DNA of 52,709 nt, taken from assembly GCA_027622595.1 (NCBI GenBank), contig JAQBZZ010000006.1, positions 1 through 52,709 on the forward strand, written 5' to 3'. Under the pieces are notes generated by a model that ran no database searches, was not told the DNA's origin, and worked only from the letters and a program-made list of their open reading frames with translations. Position numbers and translations under genes: made by a program. The stretch's first letter is position 1. Each line of letters begins with the position of its first letter. Shown here one piece after another: positions 36,001 to 48,740 of this stretch. This DNA comes from Chloroflexota bacterium. Lineage in GTDB: Bacteria > Chloroflexota > Dehalococcoidia > Lucifugimonadales > UBA2985.

Positions 36001-37513
36001 AGTCGTACATCCTCATGCAGCTCACGGCGTCCCACTGGTTGCCGCAGCCCAGTCTGTACCCGACCATATTGGGAAGCTGCTCCTCCCAGTGCTCCTCCAG
36101 GATTATCGACCCCTTAGGCACATTATCGTTGATCCATTCGGAGGCCCGCATCGCTGTGTGAGGTTGGTTGTAGATATTGAGATACGCAAGGGCATAAAAA
36201 CCCGTGGCGGCTATCAACAGTCCCATACCCCAATGCACTAGGGCCGTCTGATGTGGTCTGTGCTCTGCGAACCAGTCCCTTATCCAGAAGAGCATCCGCG
36301 CCCCCATGACGATGAGGAACGGGGTCATGGGGAGCATGTACCTCATGAACTTCACCTGAAGGTAGCCGGTGAGGAGGAGGTAGGGGAGTACCCACGCCAT
36401 GATGAGCAGGTCTCCCTTGTTACGGCGGGCGATGGTCAGGCCGGCGGTAAACGCCACGGATACCCATGCCACTATGCCAAGGGGTAAGCCAAGGCCGAAG
36501 AGGGCGAGTTGCTTGATCTGGTACCAGTATGGGGCTGTATCAATGTACTGCTGGGTAAATGGCAGCCCCGATGTGCCGCGCACCATGTCGAACTGTGCAC
36601 CCACGTCGCAGGCAAAGTAGTTGTTGTCCAGGAACCTTAAGAAGGAAAAAGGTATACCGCACGGATCGGGCCGGTACCAGTCTAGGAAGGCGTACGGGGT
36701 GGTGATGAAGAACAGCAGCAGGGATGCCATGCCTCCCAGGATGAGGTTTCGGACGATAGAGGCCAGGAGTTTCTTGGATGGCCTTAGTAAAGTAAACCCT
36801 TCTCCAGTACCCGAGAACGCGTATATGGCATGGGATAAGAAGAAGGCGAGGAACAGGGGAGCGACGCTTATTTTGGAGGCAAGAGCAAGGCCGATGAAAG
36901 CCCCTGCCAGAAGAGAGTAACGTAATCGTCCCTCATGCATCAGGCGTGCCATGAAGTACACCGAGGCTACTATGAAGAAGGCCAGGTAGGTGTCCACGGT
37001 GTAAAAGTGGCTCAACTGGATGTGCAGCACGGCCAGGGCCGCCAGCAGCGACGCCAGTATCCCAACTCGCCTATCGTAAAGGCGGGTTGCCAGGAGAAAC
37101 ACTAATATCACAGTGCCAACGTCCGTCAGTGCAGACAGACCCCTGCCGACGAACCGCAGGTCGTTGAATGTGAGGTCCTTAAAGGTAGAAAAAACAGCGT
37201 CTACGGCCTTTACCGCGTACAGTGGAAGGCTTCCGTAGGGGAACCAGCGGGGATTCAGGGGGCTTTCCTCGGCGTTCAGAAGAACATCCAGGTTGGAGAG
37301 CGACGGCCAGCTCATATCGTTGACGTGGAAGAGGATGGCCCGCTCGTCCGGGTGGAAGAGTCCATCCTGGTCCCAGTTTATGCCGTACAGTCGAAGGCCA
37401 AGGGCGAGAATTACTATGAGGATAGAAGCAAAGGCAACAACGAACCCTCGTGTCTTGAGGGTCAACTGATACAGAGTCTTGGATAGGGGAGTCTTCTCGG
37501 TGGGTAAATCCAC
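33089..37513 (-). CDS. Large polytopic membrane protein: PMT/GT39-like glycosyltransferase fused to a DUF2298 (Chlor_Arch_YYY) domain
   Basis: N-half: LRLYGINWD..FHPDER, HIQLSHFYTVD, GLALASK and KFMRYMLP. C-half: GGEKPME, PPYDPWFAGGYINYYYFG, ITEFPFFTFLFADLHAH, NTWDFP and RMNTVFKFYLQAW. Confidence 0.88.
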   Translation of the reverse strand: MDLPTEKTPLSKTLYQLTLKTRGFVVAFASILIVILALGLRLYGINWDQDGLFHPDERAILFHVNDMSWPSLSNLDVLLNAEESPLNPRWFPYGSLPLYAVKAVDAVFSTFKDLTFNDLRFVGRGLSALTDVGTVILVFLLATRLYDRRVGILASLLAALAVLHIQLSHFYTVDTYLAFFIVASVYFMARLMHEGRLRYSLLAGAFIGLALASKISVAPLFLAFFLSHAIYAFSGTGEGFTLLRPSKKLLASIVRNLILGGMASLLLFFITTPYAFLDWYRPDPCGIPFSFLRFLDNNYFACDVGAQFDMVRGTSGLPFTQQYIDTAPYWYQIKQLALFGLGLPLGIVAWVSVAFTAGLTIARRNKGDLLIMAWVLPYLLLTGYLQVKFMRYMLPMTPFLIVMGARMLFWIRDWFAEHRPHQTALVHWGMGLLIAATGFYALAYLNIYNQPHTAMRASEWINDNVPKGSIILEEHWEEQLPNMVGYRLGCGNQWDAVSCMRMYDSDSVTYSDGQAKITKITRVADQLSGADYLVFFSNRLYGSIPRVPERYPESGEYYRKLFGEELGYRLEHWEATYPEFMGVTFVDDTFARPDLPTPAALGPYRPASFTINLGYADESFSVYDHPKVLIFKNQERLSASETLSRLLEETPTDADGKTLLLSEADLEAQRQGGTWTAIFDPQNLSNRFSAAIWIIWIQGLALLGLPLSLFLFKALPDRGYLLAKPLSILLAAYLAWLFASLQWMPFSRNSVLLGALLVATASLLVVYTRRVDVSAFFRDNLRLVIIGESIFMGSFLLFLLLRAANPDLWHPYNGGEKPMEMAYLTAVVRSTYMPPYDPWFAGGYINYYYFGQFIVASLIKVTGILPEIAFNLAIPLFFALTTVGIFSLVYNLAEGTRRSRGADGIRASPVLAGLAAIFFVALMGNLDGIVQVGQGLARVWGDNQPFGTFDFWRSSRMIPPGDPRGYEITEFPFFTFLFADLHAHLMAIPFTLLSLGMALNVALRFKYGLGLASRVFLILALALAVGSLRAINTWDFPTYIVIGVTAILIGEYAHSRRINLSLLLRTAIQGAFLYLATTTLFAPFIDTNQSFSDGVFSSKWQTPLYAYLGIHGLFVFVVFTFLLYKARGFLSAIIGLPGGSGGGITRESEDSWKALRLVLLIGLPLASLITFAVSGYTTVAFIALLILPTATLAWHWLSSQTELPYGLFVMMLLGMALALGAGVEIVTIKGDIARMNTVFKFYLQAWVLLGVVSAYLLWRMDFGLVFWKMASPNLAARMLRGTWIVLFLALLLSSSIYTVAGTQARLRDRFQVLPLTLNGLAYMADAQYTFDRGRGREELAWDYEAIKWLRGNVAGSPVILEGQGELYRSLHGRISIYTGLPTVLGWDNHQSQQRGYGPIIGERVEDVRRMYSTTSGEEALVLFDKYQVEYIYVGEIESHYYPAQGLEKFERMLDSNLELVYANPEVRIYQVLSD

Positions 37514-37558
37514 AATGAGGCTATTGTATCAAGGGGCTTAGCTATGGGCAATTTGGCT

Positions 37559-37777
37559 TTATTCGTATCGCCCGTTCTTGACGGATATGATAAACCGTGT
37601 TGGCAAGAGAACCGACAGGCCAATGGCACACTGGAGGGCAATCTGCGCCGAATCGTCCTTTAGAAAGGGTGATTCAACGGCATCAAAGGCTATCATTAAA
37701 ATGAAGAACACCGTAAGTACAACTATGAATGCGTCTATGCCTATGGTGAGTGCTTTATTCCAATCGGCCCATAACAT
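37559..37777 (-). CDS. Small hypothetical membrane protein (2 TM)
   Basis: 72-aa hydrophobic ORF with an AGGAG SD upstream; AT-rich. Confidence 0.55.
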   Translation of the reverse strand: MLWADWNKALTIGIDAFIVVLTVFFILMIAFDAVESPFLKDDSAQIALQCAIGLSVLLPTRFIISVKNGRYE

Positions 37778-37867
37778 AGCTCAACTCCTGACTATCACAT
37801 GGCTGCTATCCGGTAGTAGATTTTCCGTGCTTCGTATTTCCAATAGGGAATGTGGATGGTCTTCGCG

Positions 37868-37906
37868 CGAAGGGTGGCCCCGACCAAGCGTCTGGGCCAC
37901 CCTTCG
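37868..37906 (-). terminator. Terminator-like hairpin downstream of gap
   Basis: Perfect 13-bp inverted repeat CGAAGGGTGGCCC / GGGCCACCCTTCG. Confidence 0.7.
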
Positions 37907-37943
37907 TTTGCGTGTCAGCGGTTTACAGTTTACAAATCACAAA

Positions 37944-38957
37944 TTACAACCCTTTGTCCACCAGGAAAGCGCACAGGTCGGAGGTGCGGCAGGAGTAGCC
38001 CCACTCGTTGTCGTACCAGCCCAGGATTTTCACCATGTTGCCCTCCATGACCATGGTAGAGAGGGCATCGAAGATACAACTATGGGGGTTGGAGACGATG
38101 TCGCTGCTGACAATGGGGTCCTCGGTGTAGCCCATGATGCCCTTGAGGGAGTTCTCCGACGCGTCTTTGAAGGCGGCGTTGACCTCCTCAACGGTGACAT
38201 TCCTACCAACCTCTGCCACGAAGTCCGTGATGGAGCCTGTTGACACGGGCACTCGCAGGGCCATGCCGTGAATCTTGCCCTGAAGCTCAGGCAGAATGAC
38301 GCCGACGGCCCTGGCCGCTCCGGTGGTGGTTGGGATGATGTTCTGTGCTGCCGCCCGGGCGCGACGGAGGTCCTCGTGGGCCTGGTCGAGTATGCGCTGG
38401 TCGTTGGTGTAGGCGTGGACGGTGGTCATGAGTCCGTGGTGGATGGTGAAGTTGTCGTGGAGGACCTTGACCATGGTCGCAATGCAGTTGGTGGTGCAGG
38501 AGGCATTGGAGAGGATGTTGTGCTTGGCCGGGTCATACTTGTCCTGGTTGACACCGAGGACTACCATCACGTCCTCACCCCTGGCGGGTGCGGAGATGAT
38601 GACCTTCTTGGCACCACCCTTCAGGTGTCCAGCCGCCTTGGCAGCGTCGGTGAAGAAGCCCGTTGACTCTACGACGATGTCAACTCCAAGGTCGCCCCAG
38701 GGCAGGTTTGCAGGGTCCCGCTCAGCGAGTACTTTCACCTCTTTGCCATCGATGAGGAGGGCATTCTCCTTGGCCTCCACCGTGCCTGGGTAGACGCCGT
38801 AGTTGGTGTCGTACTTGAAGAGGTGGGCATTGGTCTTGGCGTCCGTCAGGTCGTTGACTGCTACTACCTCCAGCTTATCAGGGTGCCGCTCCATCGTGGC
38901 CCGCAGCACCTGCCGTCCTATGCGTCCGAATCCGTTGATGCCTATGCGTGTGGTCAT
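37944..38957 (-). CDS. gap: Type I glyceraldehyde-3-phosphate dehydrogenase
   Basis: [19 protein letters not shown] and WYDNEWGYS; AAGGAGG SD. Confidence 0.98.
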   Translation of the reverse strand: MTTRIGINGFGRIGRQVLRATMERHPDKLEVVAVNDLTDAKTNAHLFKYDTNYGVYPGTVEAKENALLIDGKEVKVLAERDPANLPWGDLGVDIVVESTGFFTDAAKAAGHLKGGAKKVIISAPARGEDVMVVLGVNQDKYDPAKHNILSNASCTTNCIATMVKVLHDNFTIHHGLMTTVHAYTNDQRILDQAHEDLRRARAAAQNIIPTTTGAARAVGVILPELQGKIHGMALRVPVSTGSITDFVAEVGRNVTVEEVNAAFKDASENSLKGIMGYTEDPIVSSDIVSNPHSCIFDALSTMVMEGNMVKILGWYDNEWGYSCRTSDLCAFLVDKGL

Positions 38958-38993
38958 GTGTTCCTCCTTGTGATTAAGACTTAGATAGCATAC

Positions 38994-39227
38994 TTACGAT
39001 TCCATTATGTAATGCATGAATTCATCCCGGCTCATTTCGACGTCTCTAAGTATTTTAACTAGGAGACCCCTTCCTATAGACTCATTGCCATGAATCGGGA
39101 CTACAGTAGCTCTACTATCTGGATGGTCTAAGAAAATGTGACTTCCCCTTTGCCTTGTAACCGTAAACCCTGCACGTTCCAACGCTCTTATGATTTGGCC
39201 TCCGGAAAGAGCGGGTATCCTGCTCAC
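38994..39227 (-). CDS. hicA: HicA-family toxin (dsRBD-fold mRNase)
   Basis: LERAGF...RQRGSH (catalytic His), TVVPIH and I.RGLL.KILR. Confidence 0.92.
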   Translation of the reverse strand: MSRIPALSGGQIIRALERAGFTVTRQRGSHIFLDHPDSRATVVPIHGNESIGRGLLVKILRDVEMSRDEFMHYIMES

Positions 39228-39826
39228 ACCATTACTCTTTGAATCCCCACGAATTCCAGGGATTCTTCAGATATTTCCTTTCCTTGAACCTCAAGACAGA
39301 GGAGGATGGCCTCCTTTATCCGCTCAGTAAGCTCGTCCAGGGACTTGGCCTGGGTATAGCAGCCCTTGAGTTGGGGAACGGAGGCCACAAAGTAGCCGTC
39401 CTCATCTTTTTCAATTATTACCGTGAACTCTTTTGGCTTATGAGTCTCCTCAATAGACTTGACATGGATTGGCAAACCTTCTGGTAAATAGCAAAGTGTT
39501 CTGGGTCTTGTCCGCTCAGAGTTCCATTCAACAGTAGATAGTTCTGCTAGTAAGGGCATAACAAATGCACCACGATAGCTGAAGGGCTTGTCCTTGCCCG
39601 TATTGTCTAGCATCTTGTGTTTCCTCAATTCCACGTAAGCATCAAGGACCTTTGGCCATTTAACAAGGTCTGACTTGTTCGCCTTTACCTTGAAGCCTTC
39701 ATCAGTCACATCTAATATCTGGTTAGGCTCTCCTTGAGGAACAGTATGAATCGTTTTGCCTTTTAGCTTGCTCAATTCCCGTTTTACATCTGCCAGTTCT
39801 TGGTTCAAGCCTTGGTCAGTGCTCAT
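39224..39826 (-). CDS. hicB: HicB-family antitoxin with an extra ~130-aa N-terminal domain
   Basis: The C-terminal 70 aa FTVIIEKDEDGYFVASVPQLKGCYTQAKSLDELTERIKEAILLCLE is the HicB partial RNase H fold. GTGA overlap with hicA and a GGAGG SD right after the eno stop. Confidence 0.85.
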   Translation of the reverse strand: MSTDQGLNQELADVKRELSKLKGKTIHTVPQGEPNQILDVTDEGFKVKANKSDLVKWPKVLDAYVELRKHKMLDNTGKDKPFSYRGAFVMPLLAELSTVEWNSERTRPRTLCYLPEGLPIHVKSIEETHKPKEFTVIIEKDEDGYFVASVPQLKGCYTQAKSLDELTERIKEAILLCLEVQGKEISEESLEFVGIQRVMV

Positions 39827-39837
39827 TCTCTACCTCC

Positions 39838-41621
<1,784 letters not shown>

Positions 41622-41992
41622 TATGGACCTCCGAGGTCTAAGTATACCATCGAAACAGAGGTCGGCAAAGAAACTCTTTTCCATGTGGCATATCCAGTGT
41701 ATTCAGCAGATGTCGTCAGCAAATGCCGCTGGTTGACGACGTACTTGCAGTCCTTTAAGCTCATCTCCTTTTGTATTTCGCACTTTTCATTTTTCATATA
41801 AATTGCACAAAGAGACCGGAGTCACCATCTGACCGCTTATGATATTCTCTGAAACCAAGCCTTACGAAAATATACATAAAACCCACGGTATTATGCAGGG
41901 TTGTATTGCTTAAGGGGTTATAATGTAGACAGAGCCATGTCCGGCTAACGATAGCAGAAAACACCCATTAGATACGGAAAGGATACAAAAAT

Positions 41993-42286
41993 ATGTATGG
42001 TACAGTAGCCCACATACGAGTTAAGGAAGGTCACGGAGATGGCATCAAGCAGCTGTTGCGTGAATGGAATGCCGAGCGCGCGCCCAAGGTGAAGGGAGCG
42101 ATGCCCGGGTATCTGTTCCAACTAGATAAGGACCCACAGGACTGGATTATGATAGCCATGTTCCAGGACAAGGCGTCCTATGTTGCCAATGCCGAGGACC
42201 CTGACCAAGACCGGTGGTTCAAACGGCTCATGGAGCACTTGGAGGGAGAACCCCAGTGGAATGATGGCGAGGCCTTCGAGGTATAG
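41993..42286 (+). CDS. Small dimeric alpha/beta-barrel (ABM-like) protein
   Basis: MYGTVAHIRVK.G...F.DKASY.ANA.DP.QD.W...L...LEGEPQW.DGE pattern; AAGGA SD. Confidence 0.75.
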   Translation: MYGTVAHIRVKEGHGDGIKQLLREWNAERAPKVKGAMPGYLFQLDKDPQDWIMIAMFQDKASYVANAEDPDQDRWFKRLMEHLEGEPQWNDGEAFEV

Positions 42287-42340
42287 AGGTTGCCCTGTCT
42301 GAGCCATGTGGTTGTTTGATGATGGGAGAGAGTAGATAAA

Positions 42341-43246
42341 ATGACCAACAGGGTCATTCATACAGAGAATCTGACCAAGTTCTACGGTAAGCACCGCGGC
42401 CTGATAGACCTCAATTTTGAGGTACGTGCCGGTGAAGTGGTCGGCTACCTGGGGCCGAATGGGTCGGGCAAGAGCACCACAATACGCCTCCTCCTGGACT
42501 TCATAAGACCCACGAAGGGTCGTGCGGAGGTTTTCGGTATGGATGTCCGCGCCTACAGCGTGGACATTCGCCGCAGGGTGGGCTACTTACCGGGCGAGTT
42601 AGTCCTCTACGAAAACCTGACCGGGCGGGAGATGCTGGTTCACCTCGCGAGCTTACGCGGCGGGGTGGACTGGAAATACGCAGAGGCCCTGGCCGAACGG
42701 CTTGAACTCGACCTCTCCAGATCAATAAAAACTCTCTCCAAGGGCAACAAGCAGAAGGTGGGGCTGGTGCAGGCCTTTATGCATCAGCCCGAGTTGCTGC
42801 TTCTGGACGAGCCGACGAGCGGTCTTGACCCGTTGATGCAGCAGGAGTTCTATCTCATGGCCAGGGAAGCAACGGCAGAGGGACGCACCGTGTTCCTTTC
42901 ATCCCATGTCCTGGCCGAAGTGGAGCGGATCGCAGACCGAGTGGGTATCATCCGAGAAGGGAAGCTTGTCTTGGAGGAAGAGGTGGCAACCCTCAAGGCC
43001 AAGGCCCTGCGCCAACTGGAAATGCATTTCGCTACGTCTGTGCCTGCGGAGGCCTTTACGGGGCTTCCAGGCGTGCGTGATATCAGAGTAGAGAACGGCA
43101 TCGTGCACTGCACTATAGAGGGTTCAGTAGACGCGTTGGTAAAGGCCGCTGCTCAGTTTGAGGTGGTCAATATCACGAGCCATGAGCCGGACCTAGAGGA
43201 GATATTCCTAGCCTACTATACTGAATGTGACAACCATGCTGAGTAA
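42341..43246 (+). CDS. ABC transporter ATP-binding protein (ABC-2 exporter type)
   Basis: GPNGSGKST, LSKG signature, LLDEPTSGLDP and SSH. Confidence 0.95.
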   Translation: MTNRVIHTENLTKFYGKHRGLIDLNFEVRAGEVVGYLGPNGSGKSTTIRLLLDFIRPTKGRAEVFGMDVRAYSVDIRRRVGYLPGELVLYENLTGREMLVHLASLRGGVDWKYAEALAERLELDLSRSIKTLSKGNKQKVGLVQAFMHQPELLLLDEPTSGLDPLMQQEFYLMAREATAEGRTVFLSSHVLAEVERIADRVGIIREGKLVLEEEVATLKAKALRQLEMHFATSVPAEAFTGLPGVRDIRVENGIVHCTIEGSVDALVKAAAQFEVVNITSHEPDLEEIFLAYYTECDNHAE

Positions 43247-44036
43247 TATTCTTCTGAAAAACCTTAGAGATCAGCGTAAGTCATTCATGTGGTGGAGTAT
43301 CGGGATCAGCGCGTTGATTATTCTCACCATTCTTTTCTACCCGAGCTTTGCAGACTCCCCTGAATTCGATGATATCCTGGACAATATGCCAGAGGCGCTT
43401 GCGAAATTGTTTGTTGGAGCGGTTTCCGATCTCACCTCACCGGAGGGCTATCTCAACAGTCAGTTGTTTGTTCTGCTGGTGCCGCTTTTATTTATGTTCT
43501 TTGCCATTGCCCGCGGCAGTGGAGCTATAGCCGGAGAAGAGGAAAAAGGTACCCTGGACTTGCTGCTATCCTATCCTCTCAAACGTTCCCGTGTGCTGAT
43601 AGAGAAATTTGCTGCGATGGTTGTTACAATACTCGCGATGGCTTTTGTGTTCTGGCTGAGCATAGCAGTGGGTGCTGTAGCCATTGGAATGGATATCAGC
43701 CTTTGGCGAGTAGCAGAAGCGACATTGAGCGGTGTGTTCCTTGGTCTGGCTTTCGGTACACTGGCGTTGGCCTTGGGTTGTGCTAACAGCAATCGTGGGT
43801 TGAGCATTGGTGTAGCCAGCGCGCTGGGAGTAGCTGCCTATTTCCTCAACGCGCTTGCCCCTGTAGTAGATGCGTTGGAGCCTTTACAAAAACTGTCGCT
43901 GTTCTATTACTACATCGAGGCCGACCCTTTGAGTAATGGGCTTGACCTAGGGCACGTAGGGGTGCTGCTTGGCCTGACAGGGATACTCCTATCCGTAGCA
44001 CTGGTTACATTTAACCGCCGCGACCTGGTGACGTGA
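43236..44036 (+). CDS. ABC-2 type transporter permease
   Basis: About six TM segments, IAGEEEKGTLDLLLSYP and C-terminal FNRRDL. Confidence 0.92.
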   Translation: MLSNILLKNLRDQRKSFMWWSIGISALIILTILFYPSFADSPEFDDILDNMPEALAKLFVGAVSDLTSPEGYLNSQLFVLLVPLLFMFFAIARGSGAIAGEEEKGTLDLLLSYPLKRSRVLIEKFAAMVVTILAMAFVFWLSIAVGAVAIGMDISLWRVAEATLSGVFLGLAFGTLALALGCANSNRGLSIGVASALGVAAYFLNALAPVVDALEPLQKLSLFYYYIEADPLSNGLDLGHVGVLLGLTGILLSVALVTFNRRDLVT

Positions 44037-44105
44037 GCCTGACGCGATTGTCTGAAGCCTCATAGGCTGAGTGTTTCCTGTGTCAGGTGTGTTGTAATCT
44101 AGAAC

Positions 44106-44150
44106 CAGATAGTGCGCTGTCCCATCCTAGATGGGACAGCGCACTATCTG
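44106..44150. terminator. Perfect 21-bp-stem hairpin between convergent genes
   Basis: CAGATAGTGCGCTGTCCCATC-cta-GATGGGACAGCGCACTATCTG. Confidence 0.75.
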
Positions 44151-44173
44151 TAACGCTACGTTTTCTTAGGGTT

Positions 44174-46849
<2,676 letters not shown>

Positions 46850-47084
46850 ATACCTGCCTTCCCTGAATAGAATGGTGTCACTGACGCGCTAGATTATGCC
46901 ATAGCAGGGGGTGAGAACGCCAGTGCATCCCAGTAAATCAGGAAGAACGGTGATAAAGAAACAGGAGTTACCTACATCAATAACTGGCAAGCCGGTGCCG
47001 ATTCTGGTAGACTGCCCCAGTTTGGTATATTTGGTATATACCAAGCGACCCTCTGGAATATCGATTACTCATTAAGGAGCAAAC

Positions 47085-47606
47085 GTGGCTAATAAGTACA
47101 GTGCACCACCCCCAATGACCATAGACACGGACAAGAAAATCACCGCCACCATGCGCACCAGCAGCGGGACCATAGTCTTTGAACTGTTCCCGTCCGAAGT
47201 GCCGAAAACGGTGAACAACTTTGCGTTTCTGGCCAGAGAGGGCTACTACGACGGGGTTGTCTTTCACCGCATCATCTCGGGGTTCATGATCCAGGGCGGC
47301 GATCCCACCGGCACGGGAATGGGTGGCCCTGGTTATAGCTTTGAGGACGAGGCCGTGACGCGGGACTATTTGGCAGGGACCATTGCGATGGCCAATGCCG
47401 GCCCAAATACCAACGGAAGTCAATTCTTCATAGTGCACGAGCGCAGCGGCCTGCCAAAGAACTACACCATATTCGGTCAGGTCGTGGATGGGATGGATGT
47501 GGTGAACACGCTGGCTGGCCTCCCCGTGACCACTGGCTCTTCGGGAGAGCGTTCCACGCCCGTTAACCCCCCCACAATAGAGAGCATTGAGATCGCCGAG
47601 GGATAG
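47085..47606 (+). CDS. Cyclophilin-type peptidyl-prolyl isomerase
   Basis: FHRIISGFMIQGGDP and AMANAGPNTNGSQFFI; AAGGAG SD. Confidence 0.95.
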   Translation: MANKYSAPPPMTIDTDKKITATMRTSSGTIVFELFPSEVPKTVNNFAFLAREGYYDGVVFHRIISGFMIQGGDPTGTGMGGPGYSFEDEAVTRDYLAGTIAMANAGPNTNGSQFFIVHERSGLPKNYTIFGQVVDGMDVVNTLAGLPVTTGSSGERSTPVNPPTIESIEIAEG

Positions 47607-47708
47607 CCAGCTGGCCTTAGCAATTGGAGCAAACCGTAAATAGGGTCAGAGCATCCGTGAACCGGTCATTGGCGATGTGCTCGTGAATACCCTGGTGTAA
47701 ACAACAAT

Positions 47709-48539
47709 ATGCCATTCGAGATGACGCCCTTCTACGTGATCTTTTTACCTCTCCTTGGCATGGCTGTTGCTACCTTGGGAACGTTGGTAGGTCTCGGTGG
47801 TGGGTTCATTCTTGTCCCCATTCTGCTTTTCCTGTTTCCGGAGGCATCAGCCTCCACGGTCTCTAGCATCTCCCTTACAGTAGTTTTTCTGAACGCCGCC
47901 TCTGCCACCATTAGCAACTACAGGTCCCGACGCATCGATTTCAAGACCGCAGCCCTGTTAGGCATAGGGGCCATCCCCGCAGCAGTCCTTGGAGCCATGG
48001 CAGCCAGCAGAGTGACCAGAAACAACTTTGAAGTCTATATGGGCATCATGTTAATCCTTGGTGCGGTCTACGTGCTTTGGCGTAGCACAAAGGCAGCGGC
48101 ATTGAGGGTGAACCTAATCCACACGCCCAACAGGGAAATCCAGGAGCGTAGAGGACCTACCTATCGCTTCTATATCAACACGATAATGGCTGCTGGAATC
48201 AGTCCCGTGTCCGGCTTTGTTTCCAGCTTCTTTGGCATCGGCGGAGGCGTGGTCAACGTTCCCGCTATGACCTTCATCCTCAAGATGCCCGCCAGGTTAG
48301 TGGCTCCTACCGCGATGTTGCTGCTGGTGTTAACCTCGTCCTCCAGCCTCTTTACCCGCATTGTGACAAACCAGTACGAAGAGGGATGGCGCAGGGCCGC
48401 ACTTTTAGGCCTGGGAGCGTTGGTGGGCGCTCAGATTGGCATCTATTTGAGTTCTCGGGTGAACCAACGTGTGGTGCTGGTTATCCTCGCAGCCTCCATG
48501 ATCCTTGTCGGAGTCAGGCAGCTCGTCGTCGGCATCTAA
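47709..48539 (+). CDS. Sulfite exporter TauE/SafE-family membrane protein
   Basis: Duplicated GLGGG..VP / GIGGG..VP motifs and about 8 TM segments. Confidence 0.9.
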   Translation: MPFEMTPFYVIFLPLLGMAVATLGTLVGLGGGFILVPILLFLFPEASASTVSSISLTVVFLNAASATISNYRSRRIDFKTAALLGIGAIPAAVLGAMAASRVTRNNFEVYMGIMLILGAVYVLWRSTKAAALRVNLIHTPNREIQERRGPTYRFYINTIMAAGISPVSGFVSSFFGIGGGVVNVPAMTFILKMPARLVAPTAMLLLVLTSSSSLFTRIVTNQYEEGWRRAALLGLGALVGAQIGIYLSSRVNQRVVLVILAASMILVGVRQLVVGI

Positions 48540-48740
48540 TGCGATACTGCAGTGGGTACACGGCAACTCCTGGCTAACCTCAGCAGTTTCTCTTAACAAG
48601 CATATGAAAACCAGGGGCTGTACCCAAGAATTCTGGAGTAACTGGGCGGGCCAATCACCAGGCGATGTATCAATGAACACTTAAGCAACGGTGGCAGCAC
48701 TGTCCAGTTGTGAGAATTGAGCGAAGGAGGAACCCCGAGA

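Noticed and set aside
37578-38243. 221-aa plus-strand ORF
   Set aside because: Crosses the gap terminator and the gap 3' end in antisense; not protein-like.
41638-41800. Approximately 52-aa minus-strand ORF in the AT-rich gap, and the N-terminal extension of the LOG ORF to 41684
   Set aside because: No motif; both overlap the promoter and SD that support the TTG start at 41621.
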